Part shown: positions 1 through 14,343 of the stretch, one piece after another
How the letters are laid out: the number at the start of each line of letters is the position of its first letter
How positions within the stretch are numbered: position 1 is the stretch's first letter
Assembly (NCBI GenBank): GCA_001949185.1
Contig: BDGG01000005.1
Location: 1-64,000, forward strand
Source: Ramazzottius varieornatus
Lineage: Eukaryota > Animalia > Tardigrada
Reading direction: 5' to 3'
DNA: 64,000 nucleotides
Notes under the pieces: model-generated
What the model was told of the DNA's origin: nothing
What the model saw: the letters and a program-made list of their open reading frames with translations, nothing else
Database searches by the model: none
Position numbers and translations under genes: made by a program

Positions 1-73
1 AGAAACCTACCTATCAGGTGAGAGCATCAAAACGAACATCGGCGTCTGATCGTCCTGACCGTTCCCTCGTCAA

Positions 74-3000
74 CTATGAAAAGGCGATGATGTTACCTGC
101 ACTGTATTCTTTGCGACGAAGTGTTGGGAACGATTCGCATTTACCGGGGCCAGTCAACATCGTGCCTTCCGTTTGGTGTTTTTCGTTGATCAGAAAGACT
201 TCGGTCTCGCCCTGACTTCCGGCTTCATTTGTGGCAATGTAGTTTTCCAGCAGCGATTCAAGAACCTGGAGGACCGAGCGGAAAGTCGGACGCTCATCGC
301 GGTTCATCTTCCAGCATTGCAGCATGACGTTTCGCCTATGAGAAAGATTCAGTGTTGAAGTACAAGCCGCTATTGAGCCTGAGTGATATCCTACTGCAAG
401 TGGAATCGTACTCGTAATTCTTATAGAGGTTCTCTTACACAGTGGGTTCCAGTTCCATGGTTTTGTCGACCATCAATGGATGGATGCCTCCTCGTTTTTG
501 CATTTCCAGGACGTAGTCATTGCTGAGCTCGTGATAGGGACCTTTCTGACCATAAGCCATCAGCTCATACAAGACGACTCCAAAGGACCAAACATCCGAC
601 TGCGTGGTGTGTATGTTCTCGGTCAGGCATTCTGGCGCCATCCATTTGACAGGAACACCCGGTCCACCTCGGCGCATGCCACGGCGGTAGTAATCTTTAG
701 AGTAAACATCCCGGCTCATACCAAAGTCCGCGATCTTGACCGTGCGTCGAACAGCTCCGTCCACTTCCTCACATCGCACAAGGCAGTTACGAGCAGCCAA
801 ATCCCTACAAGGCAGACAAAACATTCATAAGAACCGGATTTGGCGAATGCGACCAATGACTAAGAGATCGTTTTCTCCAAGTGGCGCACGCCTTCAGCCA
901 ATCACACGGAAAAGGTGCGTCACTTAGAAAGCCTGGGAAATCAGATTGATCATTGATATGGTCGGCTTACCGGTGGATCTTTTTGGTGTCTTCCAAGTAG
1001 ACACAGCCTTGGTTGATGTCTCGAGCCATGTTGAGCAGATCAGCCACCGTCAAAGAGGAGACAACGGGTGCGTACGGCTCAGCTGCTGCAGGAGCACAGG
1101 TGCTTTGTAGGTAGCTCAACAGGTCGCCGCTGTTCATGTATTCCATCACGATGTAGAAGGGCTCCTTCTCGACGCACACCCCATAAAAGTGAAGAATGTT
1201 TGGGTGCTGGATTTGGCTGCAAGAACACAAATGATCAGGCTTCCTTCTCAACACGTTATAGATTCACTACTTTATGAAACCGTCATACCTCATAAAGCAA
1301 GCTTCTTTCAAGAAGTCAGTCAGACCATCGTCGGTTTCTGGTCGAAGCTGCTTGACGGCTAACGGAGTTCCAGGCGGAATGTCGGCCAGCTCCCCATTGC
1401 TGACACATTTATGCACAGCTCCAAACGCGCCCCGACCAAGGAAGTCTCCCAGGATGATGTGGTCTCTCGTCAGCTTTGGCAGAGCGGATATGTCCAAGTC
1501 CCTAAAGGATAAACACTCGTCAATGTCTACTTTCTGCTGTCCGTATCTACTATCCCTTATTCTTACCGCAAGTCGTAGACTGCGTTATCCGAGAACGGCG
1601 ACTTGACACCGTCCCACGTTATTCTGTTGCCACATTCCGGCGTCGCTCTTCGGGACAAGCGTTTTCGTCTCTCTTTCATAAAGGCATAGGCGAAGAGTCC
1701 AGGGATGAGCAGCAGGAGTACCAAGCACGCTACGACCAACGCAGCGATCGCCGCGCCGTTCCAGCTGCTGGATCGAGGGAGTTGCTGGCCGACAAACCTC
1801 TTCTGTACAACGGGTGCAGACGCCCACTCGGTCAGCGCCTGGATGCTGATCTCTAAGTGCGCTTCTTGGCTAACGTCTTTGACAACCACTTGAGGATCAC
1901 TGACTCTCTGCGAAAGGAAACACCGTTGAAGTTTGACAAAGCATCCTAATAAAACTCAACGAAATGTCGGTAAAGAAAAACTTACCTCTGCAAGTAGTGA
2001 TTTCCCATGAGTGTCCGTCACAGTCACTTCGTACTGTACTCGGCCATAGTTTGAGTCTTCTTTGGGCCAAAAGAACTTGATAGAGTTCTCGCCCTCTTCT
2101 TCCAGTCGGATCTGACTTTCGTTGACTGCAATTGGCGTGACGCGGAAGTCGGCGAATGTTCGATTCAACCCTGAAACCAGACATTCAATCATTACCACTA
2201 ACTGGGGAACCGTGGTTGAAAAAGGTCATTCTTGTCTGAAAAAAAGTTTCTCACCTTGAAGTTCTTCGTCGAAACGGTTGACGCGAGTAAAGCTCGAAAG
2301 CCCATCGTACAGTCTGACGGTATCGTGGGGATACTGCATATCCGTGACCGCCAGTTGCCCGTCGTCCAACCACAACAAACGGTCGTTCACGACCGCTATC
2401 TCTTTTTTTGTGGGCTTGGTGGAGATCGGCAAGCTCGCCACCAGCTGCATACCGTCATCCGCAAACGACGGTACCAGCGGTCGGGCGTACACCTCCATGG
2501 TAGCCGACCTTCTTATCACAGCGTAGAACACTTTCCTGTAGCTATCGATCGCCACACCAAGAAAGGAAACGGTACCAGTAGGTGTCAGACTCATCAGGAC
2601 CTAAAGAGAAACAAACCAGCTTGAGTTTTTCCAAACGGCACCGTTGGGACGCCGGCAAATGAACTGAACCAAGACGTTGTTTCAAGTGGTGCTTGTTTTC
2701 CTCCTTAATGGCTGTAGGTGTGCGCCACTCAGGAAAACGATGTGGTTGAAATCATTTACCTACGTGGCGATCAGCTTCCGGAACTTACCCTTCTGTTTTG
2801 TCCGTTCAGCCGGGCTGTCTCCAGCACGTAATCGGTGCAGAAGTACATGCTACCACGCAGAGGATCCAGGACGATGTGTCTCGCTTCCGCGCCATCCACC
2901 AACAGCTCGGAGACCAAGGGGGTACTCAAAGTTGCTCGCTTGATCTTCTTGCTAATCAAGTCCGCCCAGTAGATCTTCCTACCAATCCAGTCGTAGGCCA

Positions 3001-6000
3001 GGCTGACTGCATCCGCAATCTGGTAATGACGTTCTTCCATGGCATTTCCGCTGTTTGGGAAGACTACCAGGTGCTTCGGTGCATCGTAAACCGCCAAGAA
3101 GTCTGGGGCCCAGATGATGTCAGAGATGGCATGGAGGTTGTCGGCTTGTCTAACCATCTGTCTTTCCCGAGGACTGCTTTGTAGAGTTACGTTCAGCAAG
3201 AAGGAGCCGTATGTCAGGAGAATTTCCGGGTTAGGAGCTGAAAACAAAGGATCTCGCTCAGTAAATGAAACACAGTTTTATGCCAGGAAAAGCTAACGCA
3301 ATCTCATGGAATGGAAGGTAGTTTTACCGTGAGGAGGATAAGTGCGGACATGAAGAGGATCCGACGGCGCCCCATTTTTGTCGCCCTTGACTGCGGTGAT
3401 TTGGACACTGTACGTCGTGTTCGGCGTCAGGCCAGGAATTTGTGCTGCGGTCGCGTCCGTATCCAAGAAGAAACTAAAGTTTCCAGGACTCTGCGATGTG
3501 ACTGTAACGTTGTAAGACCACACATTCCAAGCCGTGGGAGACTGCCAGTTTTGTTGATGCGGCGGCTTCCACATGATGTACATCGAGTCAGCTGAGACGT
3601 AAACCTGAATGTCACTGGGTGCATTCACTGGATCTGCGAAGGAAGATAATTATTATTAGAGGTGCAAAGTAATTGGGTAGAAAGCGAGCGATCACGAAAG
3701 CTCGGCCAGCAAACTCGATCAGATAATTTCCCCAATTGGCGCACTTTCTCAGTGCAGTTGGCTTGAAGCATGCGCCACTTGGGAAAGTGGATTCGTAGAG
3801 TTTCTTACATGGTATAGGTTGAGACTCGGTGTTGTAGCTCCGCATGGCGATGACACTTCCGCTTCCATACTCAAGGTTGGCCTGCCTCACGTCCACTTGA
3901 TAGCGTCCACCATCTACCTTATGCTCTCGATAAAGACGATCATGATCAAAGAAGTAGAAGTTATCCTCGAACAAGACCATGTCTTCTGCGAGACCGTAAC
4001 TGTGACCAGTTCGAACAGCTTGATTGTCCTGCAGGTCACTTCGGGTGGTACACGAGGTGGCGAAGACTTTCTTGTCATCGTTACGCACGCCGCTTCGTCG
4101 CCCTTCAGGGAAGATGATGCGACACTTCTCGAAGTCCACCACGAAGGTCTTCACTTCAAAGCCATCTTCGACTATTCTTTCCGGAACAAGTTCTATAGGA
4201 TGGATATCGTTCTGTGGGAGATGTGACAAGTAGATGCTGGAGAACTGGCCGTTCGACTGAAGCCAAAAGATGTACCCGTTGATGGGATCAGCAACGATCT
4301 TTCTAGTGGACGGCTTGAGGGAGCTTGACCAGTCCTCGTCTTGTGTCAAGGATGCGACCTTCTCGGGTACCATGTTGTCGAGATCGGCAACACTGCATCG
4401 CCACAACTAGAATGAAAAAACAACAAACTGAATATCTATTCTTTTTGAGAAAGACATGTGTTGAACCTAGCTCTCACCTCTTGCTCTTTCGTCCGGACAA
4501 AGTAGACCTGCATATTCAGCCAGTCATAAGACAGCTCCTGGATCTGATGAACCCAGCCTGCTTCTGCGAGCTGCACTAGGTGTCGCCGTGACTTTACGGT
4601 GAGATCAATCACGTCGAGGCTTCCCCCAATTGTCAAGACGAAAGCTAGCTTTCTTCGAGTATCAAAGACGAAGTCTGCAAATGGAAATATAGGTGTTAGT
4701 TACTGAGTAAGCCTGACCAAAAAACTGCGTGAACAACTTCCGTTAGCCTTTGTATTGCGTATGGTACCTTTGAAGGCTTGGGAGCTTTCTGCTGAAGCAT
4801 TAGGCAGAGACTTCCAGTCGCTGGTATTCTTGTCAAAACCATGATCGAAGGGATACACGGTAAACTCGGGCTGGATCCGCATGTTGAGAAAGTCCCACAT
4901 GTCAGGGATGTAGCGGATTTCCTGGTGGTTGGCCCACAGCAGGGCCGCTGGATCTTTCCCGAGTGATCGTCGGTTACCTGGTGCGTACGGAGTGGTCACG
5001 TTGACGGTTTCGCTCCACGGCCCATACATGGAGTACGGATTGGTGCCTCGGATTGCGATATAGTAGACGGTTCCGGGAGACAGCTGGGACAGGGTGTGGG
5101 AACGCTCGTTCCAGTGAGCCGACTGGGGAAAAAAGGAGAATCAGAATTATTTCTTTCAAAGGACATCGGACGGACAGTTTGATCTCGAAGTCAGTCGGAA
5201 CAGACAATTTGGAAACCTACCTCGGTCTTCCAGTCATGGGAATGGTCGTTCTTGTACCGAATCTGGTACGCGATGATGTTTCCGTTTGGTTGTTTCGGTG
5301 GATCCCACACCAGGAAAATGTCATGGCAAGAGACTGCTTGGATGTCCCTAATGACAGGCGAATCTAATGGAGCTGCAAGATAGCAGGAATTTTCAGGGTG
5401 AGCCAGTATCCACGATACGAACTGCATAATTTCGGATCTCGGCAAGCGTACTAGACAAGATCGCTTCACCAAGTGGCGCACACCTTCAGCCAACAGCACT
5501 AATAACATGGGCCAATTGGCAAAACACTGTCGAATTCGTTTGTCGAGCTCTCCTTTGGCATGCAAACTCTTAAAGTACAGAAGACGCTGTTCTTACCTCC
5601 TCCCTCCATGGTCTTAACGGGAACACTCAGCCTTGAGTAGAAGACCTTTTCACGTGTAGCTCTCACTTCCAGCCGAAACTGCGAAAAGAAGATCAAACAT
5701 TACAGACCACGGTCAGTTTACTTTCTCTCCCAATTAGGCATATTCGTATTGTCCCACGGCTGACGAGTGAGCCTCGCTGGTTAAATAAATGTTGAGCGAG
5801 AAGTCGAAGCGCAAACAAAATTACAACAATCGATCATCTGACGGTATTGAAAGTGCCTGATGATGGCCAACAATCAGGCTGCCAAGTGGGTGCGCTACAG
5901 GTGTGCGGCTAACAATACCCACAGTTCCGGATAAAGCATATCCGCTCAAACAGTTAGATTTCAATGTCCGCAAAGACCCGATACTCTGCGAACGATTGAT

Positions 6001-9000
6001 TCTATTAATTTTCATGTGATTATCTTTATATGTTACCGAGTAGAAGGTGTAGGAGCGGAGTCCTGTGACATTGTAGTAGCCACGCGTATTGACGGTCAGC
6101 TTTTGAGGCGCATAGCTCCATCCGGTCAAGAAGTCTTCGGGCTTTTTGTAGTCGTAGCCCTTGGTGATGGCGTACTGCACTGTCCCTGACAGGTTGTAAC
6201 CTACAGGGACAACTACCAAGAGACTCAGCCACGAAGAACCCTTTTCGGCGTTGTGGTCCACGTCCGGAATAGTTCTTTCAGTGAAGTCTGCAGAAAGGAA
6301 GGAGACTCGTCACATTGGTCAAAAACGAAATTCTTGAAATTCGATCTGTCCGCACAGGTCGCGATATAATTAAGTCATATAACCCTTTGATTGCTTCTAA
6401 TAAAACAACGGGATCCACCATCAACCTGTCTCCTGTTCTCGTTCATCAATATTGTCTTCTCGAAGCGCATCTGCGAGAAGAAGGAAACAGAGCAAGGCTT
6501 GGCGGACATGTCCAGTCTTTCATGGCTCGGTTATCTCGACCGCTACCTGTTGCTTCGCTCTGCTCGCTTCTTCTGTGTACTTCTCACCATCAGGGCTGCT
6601 CCGCACTTCAATTTAGATTTCAGCCGAAATTAGCCTTACCTTCGACGCGTCGAATGTAGTTATCACGGGCATAATGGCATCCTCGGCGGCAATTCACCTG
6701 CAGAGCGGAACAAAGCCGAGGATTAGTTGAGCATTGTGCCCACTACACATTCCCATGCAGTACTTACCATTGTGCTGCCAGCATCCCCATCCTGACTCTC
6801 CAGCGCATTTGTCTCCTGTAACAAAAAAGACCAGATATAACTGGCACGAGTCGATCGTGCGAAGTATCAGACCCGGAACGACTTTGACAAGACAAAAAGT
6901 CACAAAGGACCAGCGGAACCGCCATCTTTATCAATGGCCCATCCCGCGCTCCATCTTTCCATCGAGCATTGCACTATAATTGGCACTTACCAACAGACAG
7001 GATGCTTCGCACGAATCCAACATCGGGTTCATTTTCTCCCATACTCGACACCCTTCTAAACACTGCAAAAATAAACGTACATAATTTTTTTATCCATACA
7101 TGCAATAACTGGATATCTCCGTACATTAGCCTACGAGTATCGACGCAAGGGTTCCAAAAGCCCACGAATGTCTCAGAATATAATCGTTTTCTTTGGAATT
7201 TTTCTACGTCGTTACCTCAAGTTCTAACATTCATGTTGCTCGTATGTATTGTTTTACTTCCCTCATGATAATAATGTTAAATTTTACTCCGGACAATTTT
7301 AAAAATCATTGTTTTCTTCGCTGCTGGGTCACTTCAAATGGATAATTGCATGACCAACGCTTTCTTCGAGTGGCACGAGAAGGCACGTGAAGATCCTTGG
7401 TGACATGGGAAGCAAAGGTCGAGCGCGCGGCAGATGCTTCGTCTTTCGCCTTTCCCAAATGGAGACACCCGTTACTGACAAAGACTTGAAAAAGAAATTA
7501 TGTGGAACATGGAAATGATCGATGTCTAGCTGCTTGTCGCCTCCTCCCCCCGTTACAATGGTCGGCAGACATCGCAAAATTGAATCACTTTTCCACGTGA
7601 TTATCCCCCTTTAAGCTTCCTGGACGTACAAGCATATTGCTTCACTGCACTGGATGCTCGTGCAACAGGTTATCAAGACGTCAAGCAGGAAGCACTCCTT
7701 CCGAGCTCAAGCCTTGCAACGCGCGTGGGAATCTTTGTTGATTACAACAAATCCTCCTTTTTCTTCCTTGTACTCGTCGCTGCACCTATCCTTTCACAGG
7801 ATCAGTCCTACAAAGCCTCATACGCAAGGGACTGTCCAAATGGCGGACAAAAGCACTGTCTTATTTACACTTGGGTTCCTTGTGTAAGAAAAGGATGGAA
7901 AAGACTAATCGCTCACAAAGTAAACTTCCACCTCTCTCTTCCTTTTCATACCGAAACCAGAATGCAACAACCATTGTTTACTTCCTCCAACGACTACTTA
8001 GTCGTCACCCAGTGACCCTCACCCATCATGCTTCCCATCAAATGAACTTCACCATGATATAGATTATTATCCTTACTGAATTTCTTTAATTTGAATTATT
8101 TTCTCGAATATTTTCTGGGATAAATTTGCATCGAGAAAATATTACAGCATATTTTCTCGTTGCAAATATTTTTGAATTTCTTGTGAATGTTGATAACAGC
8201 ATTCGAGGTGTACCGGTAAGTAGCCAGCGTTGTACCGTAGACACCAAGTGATTTTTCAAGTGGGCGAACAGCATGCACAGGTCGCAGTAAAGTGGCCTTT
8301 CAAGTGCTTGCTCATTCGATCATCTTCAGGTTTCGTGCGACAAAGGCTCTACTTTAGCTTGCTTTAGCCTGCTCCATGACCAGCTTCCAGACTTCTGATG
8401 TGTAATATTACACGCCGTCCCAAAAGGTAAACCAAGACGGTGAACCGATTTCCTTTCCCAGATGTCCACCTTTGTGTTACGTCCCAACCGTATATTTTGG
8501 GCAGTCAAATACACCGTCACTTCATCGAGGAAATTCTGAGAAAAATCACAACACTTCAAGTTGCCAAAAGAAACTCGAGCCTTCTTCCCCAGTTTTCAAA
8601 TCAAAAGAAAGAAAATTTGTGTTCTATGTAAAGCTGTTATATATGGGAAGATCTTATGACAACCTTGAAAGGACACACCTTGAAAGTTTGACCTGTGGAA
8701 CTTCGAAATCTGTGCACTTCTGACCAGATTTCTTCCACCTGCTTTTCTCCGCATTTTAAAATCCGAAGTTATATTCTGCAACGCTTTGGGAATGGGCTTG
8801 AGAGCCCACATGCTGCCCATCCCTGTTTGGCAGCTGGACATGACAGTTTACGCAGTCTATCACAACTATCCCATCAGATCCGCCCTGAGCATCAGATTGA
8901 GGTTGGGCTTCTACTTTACGCGACTTTGTAATCTTCAAAATTCATTCGCAATATCGCAATGACAGAAACGACGTTCCCATGCCGAGATGAGTTAACTTAA

Positions 9001-12000
9001 CGCTTTGGTGAATTATGAGCATCGAACAGAAAGCACGCAGAAAGCATGAATCACCGGAAGAAGCAAATTACAGGGACATCTTGTCCATGAACAAATCCAT
9101 TTCACCTATCCTATCACACTCATAAATCTCAACCATATGCCTAAAATCGTGGTAATTGATACTCTAAACTTCAAAATCAATCAACGCGCTTCCCAATCAT
9201 TCGTTAGGGAATCTCGGAAGTGCGGGACCTGGGCAAATCAACTGAGCTGGATGGTTGTCTTCAGTGGCGCATACCTCAAGGTTAAAGCAACGAAAATGTG
9301 CGCCACTTGAGATGAGAATCTGCAACTCATTTGCCCAGCTCCCATTATTCAACTCCCACTATACTGTATAAATACAAAAATTGTATAGTATGTGAAATAT
9401 ATTCCTGATAATTACTTTCAACAGTATATGAAAATAGAAATTGTCCAGCTGCAGCAGTGAGCTGTTCGAACAATCTGTGGCTCCTCAGTTTGCTTGTTGT
9501 GATTGTTCATCCTCTTGAAAGTGATGATATCCTAATGCCGGATCTTCCAAAGGATACCTTACTCCCTTGCAAGGCTCCCTGTAGAGACCGCGCCCGGCAT
9601 GGCAGACAGGGACAGACAGCCACTTCTCATCTTCTCATCCATGCTGTTGTTGTTTGGGTGAGGCAGACGAAAGATGACTGCCGTTAGAAGTGCAAAGACA
9701 ATCGGAAAGTTCTGATAGCGAAGCCTCATCACAACCCGACTACCGGCTGCATCGAGCTGTCAAAACCATATCAAATAATACAAACACAATAACAATGGAA
9801 CATTAGCCACCACAAAACTTGGCAATTCGTTACAAGCCTGCAAGCCGAATATCGATGCACATAAGAGCTATTATTTGCATGAACAAGATCGTTTTCCTGA
9901 GTTGCGCACGCTCGCTGCTAGTACCAAACAAATGCGCCTGTTTCAATTCATCTACTCACGCCCGTTTCATCAGTTGAGAGGTTCCGGGTTCGAGGTTCCT
10001 CAAACCAGGAACTTCTTCGAAGCTATTCGAAGCAGAACATCGCCTGAAATGTCAGATAGGATCTGACATAACAGATTTCTGATTTCGCGGCGCACCTCGA
10101 AGATGGCTGATGTTTCTAACAAGAAGCGACGCCAACTGCAAAACAAGATTGTGAAATCAGAGAAAATTTCTTATTCACCACCAGTCATCAAGCTCAAGTA
10201 GGCAGATATTCTTACGTAAATGAGCAACACACCTCGTGAAGAGCCCTCGAGAATTTATGGTCGCTGGTCGCTCTTTCGTTTCCTTGTCATAAAATCTGGT
10301 AATGCGCACCATCCACATTCCACCTTGGACAGCATAACATGCTATACTCGTATCTACCCGCGATGGACATTCTTTTGTTAAGCTTGTGCAAACGGACCCT
10401 GTGCTTACTTTGCCTTCACCACACGAGACGCTCGAAGGAGTGATAAACAAGTCGAAAGGTCGCCTTGAAGTTTCCATCTTGTTCCACTTCTGACGGGCGG
10501 AAAACAGGTTCACGAAAACAGGTACATCAATCATCAAGACTGGTCGTATAGAAGGAAGTAAAGTAGTCTTCGTCTATCTTCCATCACTTGGCGCTTCTGT
10601 CAACCCGTGAAAACTTGCACCATTTTCTGACAGGAAGATAATGATGGGATTCTTATCAGCTTGACCAGCTCCGAAACATTCCTTCAATATCATTCACACA
10701 TAACCGAGCATCTGACGAGGTTTCACATCCGCTCAAGCTCAATGTCAACTGCGCCAATTAATAATCTTACGGTACTAAGATTTCATCTCTGCATTCTTCT
10801 TGCTTCGAAACCGCTGGCTTCGAACTGTGAAACGGCATAAGAGACATTTCCAGCTGGTCTCATGGGCGAAGACTTGACAAGAGAGAAGCTCGATGGAAGG
10901 AAGCGCCTGTCGACTCTTCGGATACACCGGTTATTAAGGGGTGCATCAACGAGTCGATGCTAGTGTCTTGTAATTATCTTTTTTCATTGTCCCTAGCAAA
11001 CGCCTTACTTTGAAGGAAGACTCGCGCCAGATTATAGATGGTAGAGGCTGGGAACTTGAAAGGATACCGGACAGGTGTGTTGTCCATCCGTGAACGCCTA
11101 TCTAAGAAAAGGAGCCGCTATACCATTCCCCCGTTTCAGCCGCGCACTGTTACAAAATCCCACTTTGAAGATATTTACGGCACATCCAATTACCGCAAGA
11201 TTAATAGTCGCCGTTACCTCAAGCCTATCCGTTCTGTTTGACCTAATGTCCAGCCTTGTAAACCTGATGCTTGCCGCCTGTAAACAGAAAGAGACGGAAT
11301 ATTATAAATAAAGATTTTCAAATGTGGTCAGGCGAAGCAACAGGCGCACAACCTTAGCCGGGTTATCTGTAGCAGTATCGACGATCCGACATTGACGAGA
11401 GTTTATTATTCAACTGGCGTACGGCAATCTGGATGGCCCGCTCGTGTCTGCATTTCTAATGCCGTTTCCGCTGATCGACCGAATCTGCCGCCACAGACAA
11501 CGGCAGCCTGGCTTGACTCGCATTACGCAACGCACCTGTTGCGTCGATCGGCATGCCCCGGCATCTCGAAGTACCTTCCGGGATATTTCCTATACCTATC
11601 CTGTAATCAAACTCGACCTTTCTTTAGATCTGCAAATACACTACAGAGAAGTCTCCTTCCCGAAGAGACTTCTCAAGATAATCAATCAGGCTTCTTAGGG
11701 GACTTATAGGCGATTTTCGACACACTAAAATCTCTCTTGAACTATATACGGCGGGTAGAGCAAACAAATAACGATGAAGCGATGGCCAGCGAAGACACTG
11801 CCTAGAGAAGATTCTCAAACTTTGCCTTCCCGCGAAAGATGTCACGTAGACAGGAACAGCAAATAAAACTCAGGTTTTATTATGCCTCTTATCCGTGCGT
11901 CTTCACTGCTTCTACCTATTCCGGCTGTTCGAACCGGTCAATTGACATGACTTGCCGTACACGCCAGGAAAAAGAAACCTCGAAGTTTCCTTCCAAATTC

Positions 12001-12318
12001 CAAACTTCCTTACTCCTGAGAGAACCGCCAACCTTTTGGTACGAGCATCATGAATATGTACGTAAGCTCTAAGATGTTACAACATTTCACAAAATGCTGT
12101 AAACTGGGCGTATACTATTTTAGAATAGCACCGATGTGTTTGTCCCTTTCGAAATACCTTTCCTACCGATTGGTTATTGGGAAGCTGGTACTCACTTGGG
12201 AATCCTTTTGGCAGGAGCTGATGCAATCGGCTACTTCCGGTGCTTGGGTCTTTGCGCAACATCCAGCCAGAAGGAGCAGCAACGCGACAGTCGCGAAGAC
12301 AAGGGTGGAGAAAGTCAT
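74..12318 (-). CDS. sev: Sevenless/ROS1-family receptor tyrosine kinase (~18 exons, ~1,540 aa estimated)
   Basis: Kinase motifs [35 protein letters not shown] (insulin-receptor-family activation loop) and [10 protein letters not shown] helix [27 protein letters not shown]3 repeats ([26 protein letters not shown]) and YWTD-like propellers ([14 protein letters not shown]). First coding exon 12196-12318 ([22 protein letters not shown]...CISSCQ) ends in a GTGAGT donor and joins in phase 0 to the exon ending at 6815 across a ~5.4-kb intron. The 3' end at stop 74-76 is less certain. Confidence 0.88.
836..965. repeat. 120-bp palindromic family A, copy 1 (sev intron; ends approximate)
   Basis: CAAGTGGCGCA-N27-TGCGTCACTTA. 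Confidence 0.75.
2646..2769. repeat. 120-bp palindromic family A, copy 2 (sev intron)
   Basis: GGGACGCCGGCAAATGAACTGAACC...CAAGTGGTGCT-N27-TGCGCCACTC. Confidence 0.8.
3697..3805. repeat. 120-bp palindromic family A, copy 3 (sev intron)
   Basis: CAATTGGCGCA-N27-TGCGCCACTTG. Confidence 0.78.
5434..5553. repeat. 120-bp palindromic family A, copy 4 (sev intron)
   Basis: CAAGTGGCGCA-N27-TGGGCCAATTG. Confidence 0.78.
9224..9343. repeat. 120-bp palindromic family A, copy 5 (sev intron 1)
   Basis: GGGACCTGGGCAAAT...CAGTGGCGCA-N27-TGCGCCACTTG...ATTTGCCCAGCTCCC. Confidence 0.85.
9865..9968. repeat. 120-bp palindromic family A, degenerate copy 6 (sev intron 1)
   Basis: GAACAAGATCGTTTTCCTGAGTTGCGCA-N24-TGCGCC. 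Confidence 0.55.
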
Positions 12319-12896
12319 GGTTAGCGTCGTGCCTCTCCCATCAGTCCATCATCCTGGAGTTCGACATCGTAAGTTCAGAGGTTGGCGGAAAAGAATTCGA
12401 AGATGGTCAGAGTTCTGTTTCGAGAATAAAATGTCTGGAGCAGAGCAACAAAATGTTATAATCTTCGGTCTGGCGCACATCAATGGCTTGGCCGAAGGCG
12501 AGCACGTAGCATGGTGGGCGGCTCCCATTTTAGATCGACCAATTAGACGCGTCCCTAGGATACCGGCCCAGCGCTTCCTGTCTTATCGAGCTTTTCAGCT
12601 CCAGCTCGTTCTCGGGATGGTTAAAATCAGGCTGATGATGTCAGTTGACCTCGTGCTAACCAGCTACGAAGTTGGATGGTTTCTGTTACCAAAATTCATG
12701 ACTGGAAAATCTGGCCGCCAAATTCTGTCACCTGTGGGCTGTGGGGTCAAGAAGCTGGGGTAGGGCGGGAATTCCTCTGAAAATTCTGCTGTTTTGTTGT
12801 TTGTTTTTATCAGCGTTATACGTGCGTGGCTGCTCCCACTGCATGTGTTCTTCGTCAGGACTCAGGTGTTATCCGGATTCAAGCTCGAAAGGAAGT

Positions 12897-13970
12897 ATGG
12901 ACGCCGAGGATCTTCGAAAAGCCGAGCAGCATCAGCAGGAGAATGGAGAAGCTGGAAGAAATGGTCGTGGGCAGGGAAACGCCATACATCCCCCGTGTAC
13001 CAGTCTAACCATCGTCTGCTCCTTTCTTGACAACCTGTTGCAGATGGATGCAGATCCCAGTCCTACAGGTAGGCCAGTTTACAGAGCAATGCTTCCATCC
13101 TTGGGGACTTGCCGTTGAGCAACACGTTTATCTGTCTATAGAGGATGACTTGGGTCTGCTGCGAAAGAACCCCTTTGACTCTGCCAGGATCGCGAATGCT
13201 CTGCTCTTTCTGTGGAGGAACAAGGACCCTCCTACAGCGAAGGAGATGTTGGATCGAGTGAACTCTACCTGTTGTTCCCACGACCATCTGCGTAGTGTGA
13301 TTGAGGCTGCAATTGACTCAAAGATTACAGCTTTTAGGGATGTATGCAGGACGGTGATGCAAAAAGAAGTGCAGCCGAACACCACGACAGAAGGACGTTC
13401 TCAGTAAGCAAGAGATATCCATAACACATTCATTACTGCTTAGGTCTAGAGCCGAGAGCGAGATGCTCATGGTTGTATTTTAGGGACCCGTTGCTAGTTA
13501 CTTTGCAGAAGAAAACTGCCAGGATAGCGGAAAAGAAGGAGCAAGTTGTACGTCTTCTGCAGCAGAAACGCCAAATCGTTGCCGAGACCGAAGCAACTTT
13601 GCTGTCCGCTGCGAAGAAGCTGGAAGCGGCAGCGCACGGACTGTTAGACGAGAACAGCGTTGAAGAACAAAGGTACGATCAGCTAATGAATACGTGCATT
13701 GATGTTGTGGACCACCAGTTGGAGGTTTTCAAAATGGAAGCAAAGTTGAAGTACTACACGACTGACAAAATTGATCAACTACGGGAGCAAAAGATCAGGC
13801 TTGGAGCAGTGAGGTCCCAGTTAGAGCTGAATGTATCGGCTTTGGAGGTAAAGAAGAAAGAGTATGAATCGTTGGGACCTGAGTTTAGAAAGATAGCTAA
13901 AGACTACGGTAACATCCTTCGCGAGATCGAGGTTGAAAACAGAATACGATTAGCTTTCCCCAGTCCGTGA
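12897..13970 (+). CDS. HAUS4: HAUS augmin-like complex subunit 4-like coiled-coil protein
   Basis: C-terminal YTTDKIDQLR...KKKEYESLGPEFRKIAKDYGNILREIE resembles the HAUS4 C-terminus (YEVLGEEFDRLVKEY). GT-AG intron ~13403-13483. The 5' exon structure is uncertain. Confidence 0.65.
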
Positions 13971-14343
13971 GCTGGGTGTTGGAACTTCTTTTCGACTTTG
14001 AATCGGTTCTTTGATCATTTCATCATTGTACCAGGTTATTACGGCATGTGTAGGTTAGTGATGCTGACACTGTAGTTGTAGCACTCGTACAGTCTTTTTT
14101 AAATGTTACGTTTTCTTTGCTTCCGCAGCTCCGCTCGAAGAGAGAGAATGTTTTGATCCAAAGGTTTCTCAACGACCTGAATTTCTTATCTGATGCGACG
14201 ATAACTGTGTTTGTGACCTGTGGGGAGTACGTGCGATAAAGCCGGCCAAATAAGTCGTTCTATGCCTGTTTTTCCTTTCCATAACGCCGACTGTATTATC
14301 CATTCACGATCAACTATTTGTCCAATTGTGACTTCGGTATGAA

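Noticed and set aside
805-5596. Family A as an Introner (intron-creating element)
   Set aside because: Element ends do not coincide with both splice sites, and copies also occur mid-intron and between genes.
9975-10012. GGTTCCGGGTTCGAG, resembling a tRNA T-arm/B box
   Set aside because: No A box, acceptor stem or cloverleaf could be built. The same applies to the similar motif near 50521-50535.
6816-12195. Short ORFs within sev intron 1 (e.g. 7329-7577, 8596-8841, 10175-10537, 11038-11709) as nested genes
   Set aside because: No recognisable domains and no consistent splice chain; a lineage-specific nested gene cannot be fully excluded.
12050-12763. 237-aa plus-strand ORF
   Set aside because: No recognisable motifs; it is the antisense shadow of the sev signal-peptide exon and the promoter region.
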